From positions 1 through 64,000 of the forward strand of contig JAVVEA010000007.1 of NCBI GenBank assembly GCA_032250835.1: a stretch of 64,000 nt of DNA, read 5' to 3'. Each line of letters starts with the position of its first letter. The first letter of the stretch is position 1. Position numbers and translations under genes: made by a program. The notes beneath the pieces were generated by a model. It did not search any database. It was given only the letters and a program-made list of their open reading frames with translations, and was not told the origin of the DNA. This DNA comes from a bacterium (GTDB lineage: Bacteria; SAR324; XYD2-FULL-50-16). Of this stretch, positions 57,880-64,000 are shown one piece after another.

Positions 57880-58824
57880 ATGCAAGGTCCCCTGAAGATC
57901 ATCTCCGGTAGCTCCCACCGCGAATTTGCCGACGAAATTTGCCAGCTCATGTCCAAAGAGCCGAGCGAGATTGAGACGGTTACCTTTTCAAACGAAAACA
58001 TGTTGGTCCGCATCTTAGACAACGTCCGCGAGGCCGATGTATTTGTGGTCCAAACTAGCTGCCCACCGGTCCACGACCACTTGGTGGAAACCATGATTTT
58101 GTTGGACGCGCTGCGCCATAGTTCGGCGGCCCGCGTCACCCTAGTGGTTCCCTATCTGCCCTATGTTCGCAGCGATAAAAAGGACCAACCTAGGATCAGC
58201 ATCACCGCCAAGTTGATGGCGCGCCTGCTGCAAACGGCCGGGGCCAACCGCTTCTTGACCATGGAACTGCACAGCCCCCAGATTCAGGGTTTCTTTGACG
58301 TGCCGGTGGATCAACTGATGGCCACCGATGTGATCTGCGACTACTTCTTGGCCCAGAAGGACCTACAAAACTACGTGATCGTCGCCGCTGATGTCGGCGA
58401 GGCTAAGCACCTGGGCCGCTTTGCCAACAAGCTAAACCTGCCCATGGCGATCATCGACAAGCGCCGCCTGGGCAATAGCGATGAGGTAGTGCCCACCCAC
58501 CTGATTGGGGACGTGCGGGGCAAACGGGCCCTGATCATCGACGACGAAGTCGCCTCGGGCGGCACGCTGGTCAAAGCCGCCGAGTTCCTCAAGGAAAACG
58601 GTGCCCTCAGCACCACCGCCGCCATCGTGCACCCCGTCCTCTGCGGCAGCGCCATCGACAAGATCAATAATTCGAGCCTAGATGAGTTGGTGGTCACCAA
58701 CAGCATCCCGGTTTCCGAAAAGGCCTTAGCCTGCCCGAAGATCAAGGTCCTGTCCGTCGCCTCCCTCTTCGCCAAAGCGATCCAACGCATCCACAACGGA
58801 GACTCGATCAGCGTGCTTTTCTAA
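57880..58824 (+). CDS. prs: Ribose-phosphate pyrophosphokinase
   Basis: PYLPYVRSDKK, LHSPQIQGFF, IDKRR, IIDDEVASGGT. Confidence 0.95.
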   Translation: MQGPLKIISGSSHREFADEICQLMSKEPSEIETVTFSNENMLVRILDNVREADVFVVQTSCPPVHDHLVETMILLDALRHSSAARVTLVVPYLPYVRSDKKDQPRISITAKLMARLLQTAGANRFLTMELHSPQIQGFFDVPVDQLMATDVICDYFLAQKDLQNYVIVAADVGEAKHLGRFANKLNLPMAIIDKRRLGNSDEVVPTHLIGDVRGKRALIIDDEVASGGTLVKAAEFLKENGALSTTAAIVHPVLCGSAIDKINNSSLDELVVTNSIPVSEKALACPKIKVLSVASLFAKAIQRIHNGDSISVLF

Positions 58825-58913
58825 AAAGCCCTTGCAGGAGGCAACCGCCTCCTGCTGGCTGAACCAATTTTTGTAGCTGTCTATCCGGCATTCTTTCCCA
58901 CTTAAATGTTTAT

Positions 58914-60284
58914 ATGATTGAATGTAAAAAATACGAGGGCTCGTTTCGAGAACTAAGGAGTCATAAAGGCTTCAGATCCGATTACTTGTCTCCGAGTTCA
59001 GCCAAACTGCTGGACGAGTTTCTTTCGGATCAAGTTGGCTATATGGTGGTTGAATATCCCTATGTCGATGCAGATTTTCGGTCTTCATACTACAGAGATT
59101 TTTCAAAACGCCACAAACCAATCAGCCGCGATAGCTACCGGATCCATCTATTTTCCGGCGATTCAAAGGTCCCGTTCACAAATGACCAGTACCTTGGTTA
59201 CCTGACGCTTCGCCAAACGCCTAAGTATTCTATTGGACGCAGTTACCTCTCTCCGAAGGCGGTAAAGCACTCTGTCGGATACTGTATGTTGTCCACCTAT
59301 AAAGCCCACCTGCTAGGTAAAGAACTCGTCGTCCAAGCCTTTCCTTGGATGCAGCAGGATATCAATACCACACGTTGTGCACATATTGCTGCTTGGAGTA
59401 TTATGAGATACTTCAGTCGCAGGCAGCCGCAGTATTCAGACATTCCGCTTGCGGAAATGGCTAATTCTTTGGGCTCCCAACTGAGATCGGTTCCTTCTCA
59501 TGGCCTCACCCTGCAACAAATGGCGCAGTTGCTGAGCAGCGTCGGATTTTCGGTGCAAATCATGGTCCGACCGAAAGACGATCCAAAACCGAATCGATTT
59601 GAAACCAAGATTTTTCACTATATCGAATCAGGACTCCCGGTCATTGCATCCCTTAATAAAGAACACGCGGTGGCCTTGGTTGGACACGGAAACGTCAGCA
59701 GCGCAACAAAAGCAAACCTTCAAGGCATACAGGACTCATCAACCCTGCTTCCGTCACTACTCTGCTCAGACGATAATTTCCTGCCCTACCGGGAATTATT
59801 CCGCGAAAAAACGAATCACTCCCTGCCAAGCTTCCAAATCGAGCATATCGATGCTATTTTGATCCCGATGCACGAAAAAATGTACACTACCCCCGACGAG
59901 TTATTGGGGCTGCTACTGCCATCAGTCGAGAATCGCAAGCCACTAATCGACAAGACGCTTGTAAGGCGCGTATTTCTCTCCAGTTCTAAGGAACTAAAAC
60001 TGGCCACAGCTAAGGTAAAAGATAAAGTTTACAGGGATTATGTCTTTGGTTTAGCGTTACCGAAATTTGTTTGGGTTGTTGAGTACGCAAGCCCCGAGTG
60101 TTATGACAAACAGTTGGCTGAATACAGGTTGGTCATCGACTCCACCGCGACTGTCTATGACGAGGATGCAATTGTCTTCTTCCAGCAACCAGGTATGATT
60201 CTTGATTACTCAGAGGGCGAAAACGTCATTGACTTAAGAGCTCAACAGACACCTTTCTTGACAAACAATCTCATCAGAATATAA
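58914..60284 (+). CDS. Uncharacterised papain-fold (C39-like) cysteine peptidase/transglutaminase-like protein
   Basis: FPWMQQD...C155AHIAAW, GLT..QM..LL, YIESGLPVI...H251AVALVG, D286DN.LPY form a Gln-Cys-His-Asp arrangement; no signal peptide; AT-richer than flanks. Confidence 0.7.
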   Translation: MIECKKYEGSFRELRSHKGFRSDYLSPSSAKLLDEFLSDQVGYMVVEYPYVDADFRSSYYRDFSKRHKPISRDSYRIHLFSGDSKVPFTNDQYLGYLTLRQTPKYSIGRSYLSPKAVKHSVGYCMLSTYKAHLLGKELVVQAFPWMQQDINTTRCAHIAAWSIMRYFSRRQPQYSDIPLAEMANSLGSQLRSVPSHGLTLQQMAQLLSSVGFSVQIMVRPKDDPKPNRFETKIFHYIESGLPVIASLNKEHAVALVGHGNVSSATKANLQGIQDSSTLLPSLLCSDDNFLPYRELFREKTNHSLPSFQIEHIDAILIPMHEKMYTTPDELLGLLLPSVENRKPLIDKTLVRRVFLSSSKELKLATAKVKDKVYRDYVFGLALPKFVWVVEYASPECYDKQLAEYRLVIDSTATVYDEDAIVFFQQPGMILDYSEGENVIDLRAQQTPFLTNNLIRI

Positions 60285-60315
60285 TTTACCCATTAGCCCG
60301 AGAAAGCTTTAAGTT

Positions 60316-60480
60316 ATGAAAAATCTTCTTAAAATCAAGCGGACCGCTAGCAGCACTGCAGCCGAGTGGAAGCAGCAAGTCAATAAGTCCATTGCAGCTC
60401 ACTCTGACGCTTATCAGGTTGAAAACCAACGCCTTCGCGCTCAAGCCGTCGAATTTGCTGAAAAAGTGAAACTCGGTTGA
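60316..60480 (+). CDS. Small 54-aa helical protein (absent from the ORF track)
   Basis: ATG 60316 to TGA 60480: MKNLLKIKRTASSTAAEWKQQVNKSIAAHSDAYQVENQRLRAQAVEFAEKVKLG; 31 bp after the peptidase stop on the same strand. Confidence 0.6.
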   Translation: MKNLLKIKRTASSTAAEWKQQVNKSIAAHSDAYQVENQRLRAQAVEFAEKVKLG

Positions 60481-60637
60481 ATGCGATCCTCCCTCCGGTT
60501 TGGCCTTCTAAAACAGACAGCCCCCCCAATTCACAGCAAGATCTGAGTGCATTTCTGCCCTGATCGTCGAGGCCCATGCTGTGATTGCGAAGGTAGTTGT
60601 GTTGACTGATAAATCTCGAACTTTCTTCAAGCGCTAC

Positions 60638-60673
60638 AAGCCGCCTTCTCAACCGAGTGGGCGGCTTTTTTTT
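60638..60673 (+). terminator. Intrinsic terminator closing the peptidase/small ORF unit
   Basis: AAGCCGCC-loop-GGCGGCTT followed by a T run. Confidence 0.7.
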
Positions 60674-60927
60674 GTTTCTGGGGTTGATCTCGAGTGGCTG
60701 GATTTGGCCGAATTTGACCGGGCTGGGGCTTTAATTTGCCCTTTGGGTAGAATATACTTGCGTCGAAATAATGGGGATAGTGGGCGCTAGTGAAGAAATT
60801 AGTCAACGGTTTTAGCCACCTAATGGAAATCCACTCATCTAATTTAGACCTTGGTTTTTTGGGTTTCAATAGATATTGCGGTGGTCCCAAATTCAGGCTG
60901 AGAATCAAGCTAACTAGGTAAATCCAT

Positions 60928-62097
60928 ATGAAAATCTACAAATTCTATCCGCTGCTCTTGGGGTTATTGGCTTTGGCCCTGGTGGGCTGTAAAAAAGAGG
61001 AGGCGGCGCTTGATGCGACCAGCGACGCGGCAGATAACACGGTCTCTGAAGGCAGTACGACCAGCCCGATCCTGCTTTCCAACGGGCAAAGCCGAGATGG
61101 ATCGGTTAGTTCGGCAGACTATAGTTATTACCGCTTGGTGGTGACCGAATCGGGCAGCTACGATTTGGACTTAACCATCCCCGACGGCCAGACGCTGTCG
61201 GTCTATGGCTCGGATTTTCAAAATTTCAACTTTCTAGACGCCTTTTTGCTGCGGACCTGTAATCAAACCTCCTCCTGTAAGGTGATCCTCCCCAACCTCC
61301 CGGCCAACTACAACATCGACTTCATCATCCAATCCAACGAATCCGCATCCTTCACGATGACGTTGAGCAAGGGTTTTGGCCAAGGAACCATTGGGGATGG
61401 CTACCCAGTGGAACTGGGTCAAACCGTTTTGGCAGGGATTGACAATGGAACGATCAAAGCCAACCAATTCGCCGGGTCACTCTATCATTTCAAGACCGGG
61501 CCCGTTGGAGGCTCTTACCACCTTCTGGACCAAGCCCACATCGCCTTAAGCTGGGAGGTAATCAAATACCCGGAGTTTAGCTCCTTCTACTATGACGAGC
61601 ACCAGCCCAACACGGCAGTGAAAAGCCACGAAGCCATGTTAGAGCGTTTGGACGCTAGCACCGATTATTATCTTCTAGCCTATGCCGACAACCAACCCTC
61701 GGATCAATTCACCTTCACCCTGCAAAAAGCCTATGCAGAAGGCAGTTTGAGCTATCCTGTGGCGCTCACCTTAGACTCCACCCATGACGCAACCTTTGAT
61801 GCGTCCTTGGTTTCTTCAGCCTACTATTCCTTCACCGCCACCGCGAGCAGCCACACCATCACTACCGTAAATAGTGCCGATCGGTTTAAGGCGACGTTGT
61901 ACGATACCAATGCGGGCTACAACTCTGCCCACGGGTTTGCGGTGACTTCCTACTATTCCTGCGCATTAGCCTACAATCTAAGTTGCACCGCCCCCACGAG
62001 CTTCAGCGGGTTGACCGTAGGCCGAAGCTATGTGATCCATCTCACCCACGAATACGCTCCCAGCAGCCCTCTGGCCTACCAAATCTTAGTTCAGTAG
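60928..62097 (+). CDS. Lipoprotein with three repeated beta-sandwich (PPC-like) domains
   Basis: Lipobox LVGC; repeat starts EGSTTSPILL / QGTIGDGYPVEL / EGSLSYPVAL each followed by YY.F/L and Y.I/L.L strands. Confidence 0.65.
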   Translation: MKIYKFYPLLLGLLALALVGCKKEEAALDATSDAADNTVSEGSTTSPILLSNGQSRDGSVSSADYSYYRLVVTESGSYDLDLTIPDGQTLSVYGSDFQNFNFLDAFLLRTCNQTSSCKVILPNLPANYNIDFIIQSNESASFTMTLSKGFGQGTIGDGYPVELGQTVLAGIDNGTIKANQFAGSLYHFKTGPVGGSYHLLDQAHIALSWEVIKYPEFSSFYYDEHQPNTAVKSHEAMLERLDASTDYYLLAYADNQPSDQFTFTLQKAYAEGSLSYPVALTLDSTHDATFDASLVSSAYYSFTATASSHTITTVNSADRFKATLYDTNAGYNSAHGFAVTSYYSCALAYNLSCTAPTSFSGLTVGRSYVIHLTHEYAPSSPLAYQILVQ

Positions 62098-62118
62098 ACT
62101 GGGTTTCAGCGCCCAAAC

Positions 62119-62162
62119 AAAAAACGCCCCGGCTCTCCTGAAGGAAAGTCGGGGCGTTTTTC
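62119..62162. terminator. Bidirectional intrinsic terminator
   Basis: AAAAAACGCCCCGGC...GTCGGGGCGTTTTT between convergent genes. Confidence 0.8.
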
Positions 62163-62247
62163 GTCGTGCAACGACCACCGGGATACTTGCAGGTAGTCCC
62201 GGCGGGCTCGGTGAGCGGATTAGGCGGGGGCGCAAAGCGCCCTAACC

Positions 62248-63714
62248 TTAACGCTTCATCTGGATCATGTCGGCTAAGACCTCGTCGGAGGTGGTGACCG
62301 TTTTGGCGTTGGCCTGGAAGGCGCGCTGGCCTTCGATCATGTTGACGAACTCGTTGGACAGCTCCACGTTCGAACGCTCTAAGGTCTTTGAATTGACCGT
62401 CCCCGAACCGTTCTGGCCCGGATCGTTCTCGATCGGCGGACCGGCCTCGAAGGTCTGCTTGTAGAGATTCTTACCCAACTGGGCCAGCTTTTCGGTGGCC
62501 TTGAAGTCCGTTAAAATGATCCGGCCTAGTGACTTGGTGTTGCCCGAGTCGAAGCTGCCTTGGACGGTACCGTCCTGCTTGATATAGATCGACTCGATCT
62601 TGCCGGACTTCATGCCGTCTGCGTTGGCTTCAATCAGCTTGAATTCGTTAGCAAACTGTGTGATCCCATCGACGCCGCTACGGGTGTCTAAGGGGTCATT
62701 GGGGTTGCTACCCTTGCCAAAGGCAAAGCCAATCTGTTGCGCTTGATCGGAGCCGGTGAACGTAAAGCCAACCTGAGGCACTTCTCCCTCGCCCCGTTCT
62801 ACTTGATTCATGGTCTTCGCTGGCGGCGGGGTGTCCGGCGGTGCGCCTGCGGCCACCGGGGGCTGGACGATCTCGCCGCCCAACTCACGGACCAAGCGTC
62901 CGTCGTTACTGAATTCCAAGAAGCCACCGCCTACGGCCTTCGAAGTGCCCGGCAGGCCCCCGGCTAAATCTTCGCCTTGTGACAGCGCCATCCACTGCCA
63001 TTGGTTCTTGCGTTCGGTCCCTGCTATGGGCTGGTTGGTGGCGGGGTCGATGTCCGGGCCCTTGTCGGCAAGCTTGCGGAAGACCACGTTGACCAAGTGT
63101 TCCTGGCCTTTGGTGTCGTAGACCGTCACGGAGCTGGAGAAGTTGTACATCTCGGCGGTGACGTTGTCATAATCCACGCTCAGCTTGGGCTCTTTGGCGT
63201 TGCTGTCGAGGTTGGCGATCACATTCACGCCGGTCCCTTCCTTAACGCCGTCACCCGTCGGGGTGGGCGGGTCGATTTGGTCGAGCACGTTGAGCCGCTT
63301 GAGGTTGCCCACCGTGTTGCCTTCGGGGCCCACGTCTTTAATCTGCAAATATTTCCCATCCTGACTGGTCAGATACCCTTCTTTATCGTAGGTAAACTGC
63401 CCGGCGCGGGTGTAATAGGTCTGTCCGGCCTTGTCCTTGACCGCAAAAAAGCCCTTGCCGTCGATGGCTAGGTCCGTTTCGTTTTCGGTGCTTTCAAAGG
63501 TACCTTGGCTCTGGATATTTTGGATATTAGCGATTTGCACGCCCTTGCCGATCTTGTCTCCGCCAGCGACGCTGGTTGCGACCATATCCTCAAAGTTGAC
63601 CCGGTTGTACTTAAAGCCCACCGTATTGACGTTGGCAATGTTACTACCGGTGATGGTCATCTCTTTGGAGTGGGATTTTACCCCGCTGGCGCCGGTGTAT
63701 AGCGAACCGATCAT
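62248..63714 (-). CDS. flgE: Flagellar hook protein FlgE
   Basis: SNIANVNTVGFK, DLAIDGKGFF, YTRAGQF, LERSNVELSNEFVNMI..QRAFQANAK. Confidence 0.95.
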   Translation of the reverse strand: MIGSLYTGASGVKSHSKEMTITGSNIANVNTVGFKYNRVNFEDMVATSVAGGDKIGKGVQIANIQNIQSQGTFESTENETDLAIDGKGFFAVKDKAGQTYYTRAGQFTYDKEGYLTSQDGKYLQIKDVGPEGNTVGNLKRLNVLDQIDPPTPTGDGVKEGTGVNVIANLDSNAKEPKLSVDYDNVTAEMYNFSSSVTVYDTKGQEHLVNVVFRKLADKGPDIDPATNQPIAGTERKNQWQWMALSQGEDLAGGLPGTSKAVGGGFLEFSNDGRLVRELGGEIVQPPVAAGAPPDTPPPAKTMNQVERGEGEVPQVGFTFTGSDQAQQIGFAFGKGSNPNDPLDTRSGVDGITQFANEFKLIEANADGMKSGKIESIYIKQDGTVQGSFDSGNTKSLGRIILTDFKATEKLAQLGKNLYKQTFEAGPPIENDPGQNGSGTVNSKTLERSNVELSNEFVNMIEGQRAFQANAKTVTTSDEVLADMIQMKR

Positions 63715-63779
63715 GTCTATTCCTCCAATTGGGTGGCCCTAGGGGCCGGTATTAGGGGCATCCTTGCCCGATGTTTGGT

Positions 63780-64000
63780 TCACTCGACAATTTCTTTGGG
63801 GTCTTTGATCAACCCTTGGGGCCGGAGCTCGCGCATCAGCGGTAGCGGCTTGGCATTGCCGAAGACCTGCTGGCTACTGTTGTCTACCGAGCGGATCTGG
63901 CTCACCGGAAGTTTGCGGCCCTGGGCGTTAACGAAGGCTTCGCCGCCCTGGAATTCGACCTGGTTGACCCGGCCCGAGTTGTAGGCCGCCACCTCTTCAG
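63780..64000 (-). CDS. flgD: Flagellar hook capping protein FlgD, 3' end (runs off the window)
   Basis: ..SGRVNQVEFQGGEAFVNAQGRKLPVSQIRSV resembles the FlgD C-terminal Tudor-like strands; directly upstream of flgE. Confidence 0.7.
   Translation of the reverse strand, partial: EEVAAYNSGRVNQVEFQGGEAFVNAQGRKLPVSQIRSVDNSSQQVFGNAKPLPLMRELRPQGLIKDPKEIVE

Noticed and set aside
60481-60546. 21-codon ORF (MRSSLRFG...) right after the 54-aa ORF
   Set aside because: Too short, no SD, no recognisable features; cannot be supported.
60380-60652. 90-aa minus-strand ORF downstream of the peptidase
   Set aside because: TTG start inside a terminator hairpin, no SD, and antisense to the more plausible 54-aa plus-strand ORF.

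Overview
A 64-kb chromosomal segment from a flagellated Gram-negative bacterium, mostly moderately GC-rich with a few AT-richer patches. The gene content (HrcA/CIRCE, a DsrN-like amidase next to CysG, TauE/DUF1634) suggests a delta-like sulfur-metabolising lineage such as SAR324/Lambdaproteobacteria, which is an inference only. Left to right it holds: the right end of an IS3-like element interrupting an SGNH hydrolase; a decaying DUF4160/DUF2442 toxin-antitoxin pair; two AT-rich outer-membrane-like genes; a cluster of structured intergenic repeats; moeA-moaA under a Moco-type riboswitch; a CMD-Rieske/MoxR/VWA operon divergent from cbiA-like/cysG; tauE; mog, mrp, DUF971 and tgt; a Grx-DUF302 fusion; and a BigR/SqrR-type ArsR regulator with candidate operators spread over about 10 kb. 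It continues with an orphan histidine kinase; a ytfJ/ytfI/giant GH57 operon; traB; rpmH-rnpA-yidD-yidC; a KamA-type radical SAM gene; yejB; a GT4 gene; metG; an F9-type chemotaxis operon; a PPTase; cytochrome c; a PhoR-like kinase; mtnA; CIRCE-hrcA-grpE-dnaK-dnaJ-NAD kinase-prs; an AT-richer insert encoding a papain/C39-like cysteine peptidase followed by an unannotated 54-aa ORF; a repeat lipoprotein; flgE; and the 3' end of flgD. The best candidate for an undescribed system is the peptidase plus small-protein module (58914-60673). No rRNA, tRNA or CRISPR array was recognised. All family calls come from reading motifs by eye; no searches were run.
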